A stretch of DNA of 64,000 nt. Origin: Octopus sinensis (lineage: Eukaryota). The stretch spans positions 140,120,001 to 140,184,000 of the forward strand of contig NC_042999.1 in the NCBI RefSeq assembly GCF_006345805.1, in the 5' to 3' direction. Positions 1 through 12,445 of the stretch are shown here, one piece after another (position 1 is the first letter of the stretch; each line of letters opens with the position of its first letter). The notes beneath the pieces are model-generated. The model was given only the letters and a program-made list of their open reading frames with translations, searched no databases and was not told the DNA's origin. The position numbers were made by a program, and so were the translations under genes.

Positions 1-599
1 AGGAACGTTAACAGCATTGATTTCATCAACCTCAGTAGGTCTGCGAGAGCTATGAGTACAATCCCCTCCATCTATCCCCGCGCCCGAAAATAGGTTATAA
101 AATGCAGTGAATATCAAAATTCATAGTGGAAGATAAATTGTGTTGCGAATTGAATTCATGTTTACGTTTCGATCCTGCTGTTTTTCCTTTATTGTTCAGA
201 TTTGGCCCTCTCATTCATATTACTTGCAAGCAAAGATGACTTGACAGCATGTACCGGCTCTTTGCTAACCGCTTAGAAACAAGTGAAGTTTGGCGACAGG
301 AAGGCATCAGGCCATAAAAATTCAGCAACTTCCATTTGACTCATGCAAGCACGGAAAAGTGGAGGATACATATACATATCTTCTATGTTTTATTTATATC
401 TATCGTTAAACTGCGGACATGCTAGAGCACCACTCTGAACGGTTTTAGTCGAACGAATCGACCCCACCACTTATTTTAAACCACACAGCCAATAAAATAG
501 AGTGATGTTTCATATATGTAATGTCTTTCTTCTTTATTTCCAATCCGTCTGTTTTTCCATCGATCTGTTTTTGCATAGTTCCAATAGCAAAGCGCCAAA

Positions 600-1219
600 T
601 ACTCAGGTGGTTAGATTGATGGCTAATGTTGGTGGCCTACTCAGCTTGGACGAACTTCGTGTCTCCATTGCCCTTGGAGTGGGAGCTGACGTATGCACGG
701 GTTTGATCTGTCGTTGAGGAAGGCTTCTTGACTCTACAGGCCTCCATGGTCTTTCTTGCTGCCTGAATGCTGGTCGCTTCGCGCGCCATACGGAGCTTGG
801 CCCGGGCAAACATCTTGGAACCATCTGGATTGTCCAGATGTGATGGGAAGAGACCTGACGGCCTCGCCCTGTGACCCTGGTCGCAAGGCAGATGCCTTGT
901 CTGGGATGTCACAGTTAGCGACTCCTTTGCTGCTTCTCACATCTTGAATGCTACGGTCAGAGCGAGATCCACAGCTTCTGCAGCCGAGCAGAACAAGAAC
1001 CTGAAATACCGCGATCTGCCGCCCAACTACATATTCCATCCTGTGGCATTCGAGGCGTTTGGTGGGGTCGGACCACTAACTGCAAGATTCCTGTCTTCAC
1101 TGGCAACTCATCTTGCAGAGGTAACTGGTGAGGTTCGTGAGGGCGTTTGGCTGTTCCAGCGATTCAGCCTCGCCATCACCTGCGGCAACGCTGCAAGCGT
1201 GTTTGGCGTATCTCAATAG
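600..1219 (+). mobile_element. 3' fragment of a CRE-like (RLE-bearing) non-LTR retrotransposon, inactivated
   Basis: Across two frames it reads LSLDELRVSIAL..C.*GRLLDSTGLHGLSC..AGRFARH (CCHC zinc knuckle), then [50 protein letters not shown]....IFHPVAFEAFGGVG..FQRFSLAI..GNAASV (PD-(D/E)xK restriction-like endonuclease C-terminus typical of the CRE clade). Two in-frame stops and a frameshift. Confidence 0.85.
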
Positions 1220-2457
1220 CCATTAGAGAGGTTTCCCAGCGCTCCCTACTTTTCAATTATGTTGTCTGTTTTGTCCAATTTTCTAAATTATATCTTCTGA
1301 TATAATAAGAGGGAAGTCAACTGCAATACATTATCCAAACAACTAAACAAGGGAGCATTAACATGTTAGAAACTATAAAAGTGCTGGCAGCCAATTAAAA
1401 TTACGTTTGTAGTTGTCTATAGGAAGTTGTTAGCATCACCGCTGAATCCTTTTCCATTGCGAGAGAAAAGGACACCGTGAATGTTCCCTCGCAGCGCAAC
1501 GTGGCCGATTTGGAAAGAGGGGGAAAATCAACCTCAGTACTTGATTGTATTTATTGACGTCGAAGGATTTGAACTCAATTGTAGAGAGCAGGAGCAAATA
1601 CAGCAAGGCATTCTATCCGACGCTTTGATGACTCTACCAGTTCACCGCCACATATGTGATATAATGAGTTAAAAAAAAAAAACTTCAATGAATTGATATT
1701 ATCCATACAATCAGTTGATAAACCACTCCGCCACTAACATCTTTCAAATATAAACTATTTTTAAAAAATAGAAGGGACGTAACTCCAATAAACCGGATTA
1801 ACTGAAATGTTAGATCTCGAATGAACACAGTAAGAGATTAAACTGGTAAACCGCGACGCACTTAATCTCCAGTCGAAACAATTCTACTTCACTTTTGTTG
1901 CTAATTTAGGAAAAGCATAAATAAAATCATAAGCTTTATATCTCGTTTTAAAGAAATCAATATATTTAATACGCTTTATCCAGCATAGCTATACTAGTAA
2001 ATTACCTCAGGATAAGCGTTACTAGGAGAGCAATTTTTTTTTTTTCGGCTGGGCAATTTGTATAATGTACTTCTTCAAATATTGTTCGTTTCTTTTACTA
2101 ATTTTATTGAAGCAAAGGAATGTCAAATACTCCCCACCACTTTAGTCCGAACTGAAAAGACACACCTTATAAAATTAAGGTTCTCAAAATTGTTACATCC
2201 GTGTAATAAGCTATAAATACTAAGTGGTCGGTCATCTTAGGTTACAACACAGTGGATTTGTGGTATTGAAAGCATTTTTTTCTTTACTGTTATTCACAAA
2301 AAAAAAATAGAACAATTTAATGTGCCTTACGAGACTTCTAACGTTTCATACAGGACACTGTTGGAAAAGAGAAAGGCCCTGTCCAAACAAAATAAATCTA
2401 ATCTATCCTTTAAAACTACTGAACTGATTTTTTGCCAACGTAAGACTGCCGGCTTAA

Positions 2458-3266
2458 CTACAGATTCCTGTCTCCAGCACCCAACTTTGGATGATCATAA
2501 CTTTCAGAAAAATGGATATTTTTTTATTAAATTTTCTACCAATATGTGTTATATTATGTAGATTCCGAATATACAAAACTTTTGGGGGAAGGTGTTTTAA
2601 GGGGTGGGGTGGGGAATTTCGGAAAATTCACTGGCGTCCACTTCAATTCGTCTTAACTTGCAAGAAAATTGATATTTTTAAATGAAATTTTCTACTAATA
2701 TACCGCGGACTATGTAGATTCCGAGAACATAGGAATTTGGGGGGGGGAACAATTGGGGGTTACTTTTGAGGACTGTTCTCCACTCGGGAGTGTTTCGGAA
2801 CAAGTCTTCCATATTTGTTTCATTTTCTCCGTTTTGTGCGTTTATGCATCCGTAGATTTCTACTTAAGCAGCAATGTGAATGGAGACTAGAAATCTACGG
2901 ATACACAAACGCACAAAACGTAGAAAACGAAACAAATATGAACGACTTGTTCCGACCCCCCCCCCCCCGAGTGGGGAACGGTCCTCGAAAATAACCCCTA
3001 ATTGTTTTCCCCTATGTTCACGGAATCTACATAGTCCGAGGTATATTTGTAGAAAATTTCATTTAAAAATATCTATTTTCTTGAAAGTTAAAACGAATTG
3101 AAGTAGACGCCTTTGAATTTTCCAAAATTCCCCACCTACCCCCCAAAGTTTTATATATTCGGAATCTACATGATATAACACATATTCGTAGGAAATTTCA
3201 TTAAAAAAAATATCCATTTTTCTGAAAGTCATGATCATCCAAAGTCGTAGAGGCAGAAATCTGTAG
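2458..3266. repeat. About 810 bp foldback (long inverted repeat) element
   Basis: The arm from ctacagattcctgtctcc (2458) to gtagatttcta (2862) is the diverged reverse complement of tagaaatctac (2888) to ctgtag (3266), with a 25 nt loop. ORFs 2491..2685(+) and 3059..3277(-) mirror each other. Confidence 0.85.
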
Positions 3267-3882
3267 ATATGCAACACCTTTCTGTCTTGCTAATTTTCCT
3301 GCTTTGTTTTTAAATAATATTCAATATTTCAGTTAACTTGCGTTTCATATGTTCATCACTTATTTCATATGTTTCGAGAATATGTAAACCATTCAGTGTG
3401 CATCTTCATGAAACGTTTTTTTCTATTCTTACATTTATAATTAACTTTTTATCGTTTAGAAGACAGATCATTAATGTCGAATCGTGAAGCCCAATAAGAG
3501 CTGTTAGTTCGGCTGAAGTTACATCAGTGGTGATTGGCTTAATTTGATCATTTATAATGTCTGATATATATATAACACTAAGTACAAGATAAAAGACGGA
3601 TTCAAAGAGAAAAGAGATATGGAATGGCTGAAAATATGAATTTCGACTAAGAAAAATTTCCTAGAGGTATGAGATGACGAAGCCATCCTCTACAATTTTT
3701 TGTGGGAAGAGATCTCGCCACTTAAAATATATTAGTCTAGTAATTCCTGTCATAGAGAAGTTGGCAAACTAATAAAATACAGATGACTTTAAACTTATCG
3801 ACACTGTATTGAAAAAAGAATTATATGGATGCAAACTCTGTATCTTCTTATTAATAGGAGGGCGTGCAAAAATTTTGGTATA

Positions 3883-4427
3883 TGATTCTTTCACCTGTAC
3901 GATTTACACTAAGAAAAAAAAAAAAAGAAACTTCGATTTTTTTGCGTGGAATCAAGTACCCTGACCTGATATGCTGCAAACTCCTTATTTTGTTCGGAAA
4001 AAAGCGGGGTGGGTGGAAAACCGCCCCTCCCCTATCCCGGAATCATTGGGATTTTTTTTTTTCGTTGAATGGATTCTGGTGACCTCCTTATATGCTACAA
4101 AATGGGGTAGGGTGAGGTGGAAGCCTCGGAAATTTCACCTCCACCCCCATTGATCTTTTCACCTGCACGATTTTCACTAAGAAGAAAGAAATTTTTTTTT
4201 CATTGAATCAAGTACCTTGACCTCATAATATGCTGCAGATTCCTTATTTTTGTTTGGAAAAAAAGTGGGGTGGGTGGAAAACCGCCCCTACTATATCCGG
4301 AATCATTGGAAAATTTTTTTTCTTTGTTGACTGAATTCCGGTGACCTAATATGCTTTAAAACCCTTTTTTGGATTCGAAAAATGGGGTGGAGTGGGGTGG
4401 AACCCTCGAAAATTTCACCCCCACCCT
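3883..4427. repeat. Tandem duplication with a unit of about 268 bp
   Basis: Units start at 3883 (tgattctttcacctgtacg) and 4151 (tgatcttttcacctgcacg). Both contain ggaatcaagtacc, gggtgggtggaaaaccgcccct and cctcg(g)aaatttcacc blocks. Confidence 0.8.
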
Positions 4428-5084
4428 CATTTTCAAATATTTTTTGCTATTTCTTTCTTTACCCATAACATTTAGCAGAAATACGTTTTTGAGAGAGTGT
4501 GGATTACATTAGATTGAAAATTCCAAAAAGTTTGAAATGAATGAGTAAAATATTATCAAAATATCTTTTTCCTACCTCTTAAAATCACTGTATATAATAT
4601 ATATAGTAATCCCGAATAAATTTTCCTGGGTTGCCGTCCTCAGTCAAACCGTCTAACCCATGCCAGCATGAAAAGCAGACGTTAAACGATGATGGTGATG
4701 ATATATATATATATATATATATATATGATAGATTGTTACTCATTCAGTGTTTAGGTAAACTTCATCACTCACTAACTCTCCCCACACACAAAAATGAAAC
4801 ACATTTTGGCGCCAAAATTAGATTTTCTTTTTGCAATTTTTGGCGCTGAATTTTTCCGAACAAAAATAAGGAGTTTGCAGCATATTAGGAGATGAGAGTA
4901 CTTGATTCCACGCAAAAAATCCGAGTTTTTTTTTTTATAGTGAAAATCGTGCGGGTGAAAGGATCAAAATTTACCAAAATTTTTACTAACATGGGTGGTG
5001 GGGTACTTCTCAGTTTGAAAACCACTATGTTAGCCTCCAACTTAGTTATACTTGGAAATGACCACCTGGGTCAAACTAAAAAAA

Positions 5085-5710
5085 AAAAAGAAAAATAGTG
5101 TGGATCTTTTCGGTTTGAACGGCAGTTTTTTCTAGCGGTGTCATATGAAATTGTCACCCATAATTACGACCCCATTTCAATCTGTTTTAGGGTTAGGGTT
5201 AGGGGTGGGGGGAAGGGTATCTTTTTTTCTTCAGAAATGTAAATAAACCCAATCTGTTTCTTAAACGAAGGACATATTCATACGGCACAGAATGTTTTCA
5301 CCTCAATAGACGTCATTGATTGGTTGAAATTGCGGAAATTGAAGGAAAAAAAACAACAACAAATATCTTACAAACTATAGAATTTTCTCAATAAAGCCAA
5401 GAGAAAAAGATGTTTTATAAACACATTCTACCAGTATACGAAGTTTAAAAGTGTTTAGTTACGTGGAAATTATTTTTAAAAAACTGCCGTTCAAACCGAA
5501 AAGATCCAATAGTGCAATAGGTGTACAACAACATGTAGTAAACGATTATGAAAAAAAAAAAAAAGAATGAGCGCTGGTGAACGGGGGAGAGGACTTGAAA
5601 ATTCACATCGGGAATGTTCCGAGTCCTCTCACCACTTCCCGGTAAAATTTTTTTTCTTCATATTCGTTTACTACGTGTTGTTGTACACCTATTGCACTAT
5701 TTTTTTTTTG
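5085..5710. mobile_element. Palindromic MITE-like element whose left arm is interrupted by the GGATC MITE
   Basis: aatagtgcaataggtgtacaacaacatgtagtaaacgattatgaa (5508-5552) is inverted at about 5655-5702 (ttcatattcgtttactacgtgttgttgtacacctattgcactatt). The arm continues to the left of 5102. Confidence 0.7.
5102..5507 (+). mobile_element. Non-autonomous DNA transposon (MITE) with GGATCTTTTCGGTTTGAACGGCAGTTTT TIRs, copy 1
   Basis: Perfect TIRs of about 28 bp. Flanks are aatagtg(t) and aatagtg(c). Contains an internal ttagggttagggttagggg tract. Two more copies are in this window. Confidence 0.9.
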
Positions 5711-8700
5711 CTTTGTTTTTTGTTCGGGTCAAACACTTTTGCTTGACCGAAAGAGCAAAGAATTCGGTGGACAGTATAGTAGATCGTACGACGACACAAT
5801 GGTTTTCACGTTGACTCAACTCTTAAAGATGCCTACCACGGCAGAAAACAAATGATACAATTGTTTTCTCTCGAAGCGAATGACTTTCGGAAAAAGTAAG
5901 CACCTGGTAAATTAAGTCAAAAATGCAGTTTCGAGTTCACTTTTTCCATAGCGTAAAGCGGATGATAGAGAAATATCCAGCTGGAAAGGACATTAGTCTG
6001 TTATAGTAACCCTTTCTGATGACATTGCTGGTAGATGGATGGACTAAAGTTATGTCGAATAAATGTTTTCGAAAAGAAACTCAACGAAACGCCTGAAGTC
6101 TATTTCAACCCCATTAACCTGTGATTTGCACTCCTATGTCCTTTAACTACCCGATCGTTTTATTATTAGAATGAATGAACAAAACGAAAGTAAAAATAGA
6201 GATGAGCCTCATTCCTACCTGATTCGTTATTTTTACTGTACTTTATGTATGTATGCATAAGCACTTTTATAGATACTGTCTTCTGTGTCAGAATTACAGC
6301 CTGGTCATCATATATACTCTATACAATACAAATCTATTCTGTAGGAAACTATCGTCACAGTTATCATTGGGATTACAGACAAATATCTTGTAGATTATTG
6401 TCCCAAATATGAAATCCATTGCCAATAGCTAGAAGATATTACATTATTTCAAACTTCCAAAATAAACTATACAAACCTTTCTATTTAACAAACTTGTTAC
6501 TATTCGGTGTACAAAATTACTTCTTTGTTTCTTTATTACCCACAAGGGGCAAACGAAGAGGGGAAAATACAAAGACATGTGAGGACAGAAATACAAAAAT
6601 AATTCTTACCCAGGTATACTGTTAGCTAAATTTGACAAAGATTTCACGCTTATTAAAAAAAAAAAAAAAGGATCGTTTTTGTTAACATTTCAATTTTCCC
6701 GTGCTACGCTAATTTTATGTCTATTTAAATTTGCATATTGAAACAACAATTTAATGTGAAATGAAGTTATGAGCTGCGTTCGCTGATGTTTAAGAACAAT
6801 TGTTTCAGTTTTTCCCTTTTAATAATAATGGCACACAATCTACTATCTTGCTTAAAAAGACGAAAATCTGATCAATATGCGATGTAAGTGTTTAATTATT
6901 GTTACTAATTTTTTAATGACTCGACAACTTCATGCATCCCGCACTAAAAGTATGTACATTATAATTCTCTTTAAACTTCTCTCGAAAACGGGAAGAATCC
7001 GTTTGAGGTCATAGAAATGCAAAAATTATTTATTTCAGTAAGTTTGTGAGTTCCCGCTGACCCGACCCAACAATCTGATTTGCATTTCCAACATAGCCGT
7101 TTCACAGACTGTTGTCTCTCAAAAAGCTATTATTATAACTCTTAAGATAGAAGATAAAAATTGGAGCTGTAACCTAAACTTTAAAAGTTGTTTCTTTTCT
7201 CGTCAGTAATTTGAAATATTTTTCGTAATATTTGTATATATAATACTTTGTTCCTATCAAATCTTATTCAAAATCTTAAAAGGACGTTCAATGGATTTAT
7301 CAATCCCTCTACCAAGACAAGATATATTTTGATTCGGAATCCATCGGCGTTATATTAACCCGTTGTTTAACTTGATATTCTAGACTTGGAATGTTTACAT
7401 TCATTCCGAGAAGACAATTTTTATGAAAGGTATGTTTATTTTCTAACCTAGATTGTTCTGATTCTTCCTGCTGTCTTCCCTAGGTTAGACACTAAATTGA
7501 AGACTTCTTGTGGAGGAAAAGTGGGAATCTTGGATAATTTTGCATTAGTTTACTTTCTCTCTCTCTCTCTCTCTACAAGTCCTTTTCCTTCTCTACGATT
7601 AGAAAAAAGATTTTGGCACTCATTTGTCATCATTCTAAACTTCTGTTGTCATAGAAATAGAAGTTGTTGCTTGATAAGTATTTTTTAACTCTGAATGTGC
7701 TGGTAAATGATGGGTTATGGTTTAATAAAACAGAATAAACTTGAGGGCATAGGACAACTAAAACTATTAAACCTTTCGTAATTTAAAACTTAAGCAGAAG
7801 AGTTACTCTTGGGAATCGAAACCGAATTGTAGAATCGGTTCGCAGGCAATTATTTTCTACTATACTTTGCCAAATGGTGTTATACAATCACAAAAAATTT
7901 CGACAACCTATTGAAATTTATAGAGCGAATCGTTAAATTTTTTTTTTTTTAAGAAAAATTTCTACATACAAAGACTGAAATTTTATTTGTAATTCCAAGC
8001 GTTTCAACTTTAAACATCTAAACTTTTCCTAGTAAATTTCAATCAAGTTTTTTATGGGAGACTAACTAAAAAGCTATCTGGGCGTTTTCCCCTATTTTCA
8101 TCGTTTAACAGTTATAACGATCTCCAAGTTTTTCTATCATAAATTCTTTGCTATATCAATTATATGTCATAAAGAAATAAACATTGGTTTTCTACCTACA
8201 GCACCAAGTCTGTCAGTCAGTCATTATCTTCATTTCTCCAAATAACGGCAGCTCTCTCTTCATTCCAGCTTCTCCCAATTTAGCTTTATAGGTTTTCTAA
8301 TACGGATTTAAAACCTCAAATTTTATTATAGCTGTTGAAGTCAGGACGTTGCATGAATTATCAACAACGAAAGTCGTGAAATTAGAAACCGAGTTACGGA
8401 TTAAATCTATAGGAGTTTATCCTATTAACGTTGAATGTCAATTGAAGCCAGTTGAGAATAAAGTTCAAAATCAACAAGCGTTCGCGCCTCTTTCCCAATG
8501 ACATTTTCGCTGGTGTGTTTGAAATGATTGATTCTTGCATTCATTTGTATAATTGTGCGGCGGTTTGACTGAATCGTTAGAGCATCGGACAAAAAAATTT
8601 TTTAAACTTAAAGTATTCGTTCCGACATTTTATGTTCTGAGAACAAATCCCGCCTAGTTCTATTTTGTTAGGAAGAGTCAATGTAATTGACTGAGCTCCA

Positions 8701-8889
8701 CTCCTCAAAAATTGAAACTCTATTGCGTAAGTTAGGAACCATTGTACCTATAATATTAGAAAGGCAGAATCGTTGGAGCATTAGACGAAACCTCTTACGT
8801 TTGTTGTGATTATTTTACGTTCTGATTACAAATACCGCTGGGGTCATCTTTGCTTTTCAACCCACTTCGACAATTCTTTTATTTTATTC

Positions 8890-9240
8890 GTTTCAGTCAT
8901 TTTGACTGCGGCCATGCTGGAGCACCGCCTTTAGTCGAGCAAATCGACTCGAGGACTTATTCTTTGTAAGCCTAGTACTTATTCTATCGGTCTGTTTTGC
9001 CGAACCGCTAAGTTACGGGTACGTAAACACACCAGCATCGGTTGTCAAGCGATGTTGGGAGACACACACACACACGACGGGCTTCTTTCAGTTTCCATCT
9101 ACCAAATCCACTCACACGGCTTTGGTCGGCCCGAGGCTATAGTAGAAGACACTTGCCCAAGATGCCACGCAATGGGACTGAACCTGGAACCATGTGGTTG
9201 GTTAGCAAGCTACTTACAACACAGTCACTCCTGCGCCTAT
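8890..9240 (-). mobile_element. tRNA-derived SINE (abundant family)
   Basis: The minus strand begins with a tRNA-like head (ggcgcaggagtgactgtgttgtaag...ggttccaggttcagtccc). Homologous copies at 40120-40490 and 50700-50990. Confidence 0.75.
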
Positions 9241-9364
9241 AATGTTCATTTTTTTTTCTCCTACAGGTGTATGCAGAAATTTGTTTTCTTTGCTTTCAAC
9301 CGCATAGTTCCAGGTTCAGTCACACTGCGTAGCACCTTAGACATGTGTCTTCTACTATAACCTA

Positions 9365-9528
9365 GGATCTTTTCGGTTTGAACGGCAGTTTTTTCTAGCG
9401 GTGTCATATGAAATTGTCACCCATAATTATGACCCTAGTATCGATCTATTGCATTTCAATCTGTTTTAGGGTTAGGGTTAGTTAGGGGTGGGGTATGTTA
9501 AAAACTGCCGTTCAAACCGAAAAGATCC
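9365..9528 (+). mobile_element. GGATC MITE, internally deleted copy 2, inserted in a SINE
   Basis: Same TIRs. Flanks are taacct(a) and taacct(c). Retains the TTAGGG tract. The SINE sequence resumes on both sides. Confidence 0.85.
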
Positions 9529-9873
9529 TAACCTCGGGCCAACCAAACCCTTGTGAGTGGATTTGGTAAACGGAAACTGAACGAAGCTCATTATGCGCGC
9601 GCGCACCTTTATTTTTACTTGTTCACAGTTATGCTTTCCTCTCAAACTGTACTTTCTACGCATTACGATCGAATCCCCAACGAGTTAACATGGGATCCCC
9701 TAACGATAATGTAAACTTCGAAAGTAAAGAATACACACACCCGATGTTTAGGGTTAGGATTTTTGTTACGCCGAAAACGGATACGTATTCTTTATTTCCA
9801 CTGTAAACATCATATAATCAAGGTATCCTTGACCTGAAGACCAGCTTATGGTCTACCCTTCGTTTGGATAACT

Positions 9874-10286
9874 GGATCTTTTCGGTTTGAACAGCAGTTT
9901 TTTAAAATAATTTCCACGTAACTAAACACTTTTAAACTTCGTATACTGGTAGAATGTGTTTATGAAACATCTTTTTCTCTTGGCTTTCTTGAGAAAATTC
10001 TATGGTTTGTAAGATTTGTTGTTTTTTCTTTCTTCAATTTCTGCAATTTCAACCAATAAATGACGTCTGTTTGAAGTGAAAACATTCTGTGCTATATGAA
10101 TATGTCCCTCGTTTAAGAAACAGATTGGGTTTATTTACATTTCTGAAGAAAAAAAAGATACCCTTCCCTCCACCTCTAACCCTAAAACAGATTGAAATGC
10201 AATAGATCGATACTAGGGTCATAATTATGGGTGACAATTTCATATGATACCACAAGAAAAAACTGCCGTTCAAACGGAAAAGATCC
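9874..10286 (-). mobile_element. GGATC MITE copy 3, inverted relative to copy 1
   Basis: The interior is the reverse complement of 5102-5507. TIRs have 1-2 mismatches. Flanks are ggataact and ggataatt. Confidence 0.9.
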
Positions 10287-10959
10287 GGATAATTTACTAC
10301 TTCCAAGGTTCCGCTATCTATGAACCCTATGTAGCCTGAATTTTATCTACTTTATTCCCTAATTTTTGAATGTTTATTCGCATATACAACAACCCCTGTT
10401 GCTAACCATGAACTATAAAAAAAAAAGTACCCAGGTCGATTCATTCGACTAAAACAAATTGTTCAAGATGGTACCCCAGCATGGCTGCATCTAATGACTA
10501 AAACAAGTAAAAGATAGAAAATAGTTACACATTTCAAGAACCTTGGGATCTTGTGTGCATACATACTTTTTTTGTGTGTTGTAAAACGTCTGTTTGCATA
10601 CACAGATTACAAGGAACATTGCCCTTTGGGTGCGTTAATAAAGTACCAAATTTATAACTATCTTTCTAGAATAATATCCTCAGTTCAATTCTCTCAGAAG
10701 TCGACTTTGCTTTTTATTCTTCTGGGATCATTAAGATAAATACTAGTCAAACACTGGTGTCGATTTAAGCGACTATATCTGCCACAGACATTGGGGGGGG
10801 GGGTGCTTGTTACTCTATTAGGAATTATGATTTAGGTTGCAGAATTGCATGTACGAGGATTGCACTGGACAAAATACCTTGTGGTTGGTTAGCCAGGTCA
10901 TTTCTAATTGAACTGACCTATAATCCTTTTTACTATAGACACAAAGCCTGAAATTTAAG

Positions 10960-11135
10960 GGAGGGAGCAAGTCAAAAACATCTGTCAGTGCTTAACTGGT
11001 ACTTATTTCATCAACCCCAAAAGGAGGAAAGGAAAAGTCGACCTCGATGGAATTTGAACTCAAAACGTAAAGACGGCTGAAATGCTGCAAAGCATTTTGT
11101 CTGGAGTGCTAACGATTCTGCCAGCTCGCCGCCTT
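10960..11135 (-). mobile_element. tRNA-derived SINE, second family (ggcggcgagctggcagaatcgttagcac head)
   Basis: Homologous to 51116-51347 and 26790-27050. B-box-like gagttcaaattcc on the minus strand. Confidence 0.75.
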
Positions 11136-11196
11136 GAACAGACCTGTAATCAAAAACATTCCAGCCATGACCATCCTACAATTTCTGATACAGCTA

Positions 11197-12445
11197 TTAG
11201 GTTGTCAAGAAAGTTCTTGCGGAATTTCTAATTTTGGTTTTAAAGGATGAATTTTCAAATTAATTTTCGTTAAGTTACTTTGACTTCATATATCATTTTA
11301 AAGCCCGTTTTTCGCTCTATCTAATTGACGTACTCTTTTTCTTTTTGAATAATTAGGCCATTTTTTCCGGAACATTCAATACAACATGGACAAAAAGCAA
11401 ATTCACACAATTTTCTTATTCCAGTTCAAGCTAGGCCGAAAAGCTGCTGAAACAGCTCGCGATATCAACAATGCATTTGGCCCAGGAACCACTAATAAAC
11501 ATACAGCACAATGGTGGTTCAAGAAATTTCGTAGCGATAACGAGTCTTGAAAATGTTAAATGTAGTGGTTGGCCATTGGATGTTGACAACGATCAACTAA
11601 GAGCCTTAGTGGAAGCCAATCCACGCAGAACTGTTCGAAAGCTTGCTTCTGAACTAGACGCAACGTATACGACAATTTCCAACCACTTGAGATTAGAAAA
11701 ACAAAAATACCTGAGAAATGGGTGCTGCACAAATTGAATGACAAGAAAAATAAAAAACACCGTTTTGAAGTGTCATCTTCCCTTCTTTTATGCAACAAGA
11801 ATAACCCGTTTCTTGACCAGATTGTGACTTGTGATGATAAGAGGATTCTTTACTGGCAACACTCAGCTCAGTGGTTGGACGCCGTTGAAGCTCCACGGCA
11901 CTTCCCAAAGCCAAAGTTGCACCGAAAGAAGGTCATGGTGACTGGTGGTCTGCGGCCAGTTTCATCCATCACAGCTTTTTGGATCCAGGTGAAACCATTA
12001 TGGCAGAGAAGTACTGTCAGCAAATGGATGAAATGCATGAGAAACTCTGACAACAACAGCCAGCATTGGTCAATAGAAAAGCACCAATTCTTCTCCATGA
12101 CAATGCTCGGCTGCACATTGCACAACTGACCCTGCAGAAGCTGAGCGAATTGGGCTACAAAACGCTGCCTCATCTGCCATGCTTACCAGACCTTTCCCTT
12201 ACCGACTACCAATTTTTCAAGCATTTTGACAACTTCCTGCTTCAAAAACTAAGACGATGCCAAACACTCCTTTGACTTCATCGCCACCAGAATGCAGCTA
12301 CTGGCATAAATAAACTTGTTTCGCGTTGGCAAAAGTGTATTGATTCTGATGGTGTTTATTTTGATATATGAAGTATTGTTTGAGCCAAGATATGTACATC
12401 TGAATTTAAAGGTTAAAAACTGCAAGAACTTTCTTGACAACCTAA
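11197..12445 (+). mobile_element. Full-length but decayed mariner transposon (Hsmar1/cecropia-like)
   Basis: TA target-site duplications at 11195-96 and 12446-47. TIRs ttaggttgtcaagaaagttcttgc / gcaagaactttcttgacaacctaa. The transposase starts at ATG 11386 (MDKKQIHTIFLFQFKLGRKAAETARDINNAFG..AQWWFKKF). [25 protein letters not shown] and PDLSLTDYQFFKHFDNFL motifs are spread over several frames. Confidence 0.92.

Noticed and set aside
5185-5210. TTAGGG repeats (also near 9465, 10185 and 47322) as telomere or interstitial telomere
   Set aside because: Only 2-3 units each, and mostly internal to a MITE family.
6050-6618. Three-exon minus-strand gene model (MSLYFPLFVCPLW|LLAMDFIFG..RVYMMTR|LRFVEFLFENIYST*)
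   Set aside because: The first exon and its donor coincide with a SINE/LINE-type 3' tail, and no homology was recognised. The 131-nt open segment at 6298-6428 alone is insufficient.
6728-6735. Octamer ATTTGCAT as an snRNA promoter element
   Set aside because: No recognisable snRNA or PSE was found nearby, and a single 8-mer is expected by chance.
7790-7870. tRNA-like A/B-box sequences here and at SINE heads
   Set aside because: No full cloverleaf is evident, and they continue into SINE bodies, so they are not called tRNA genes.
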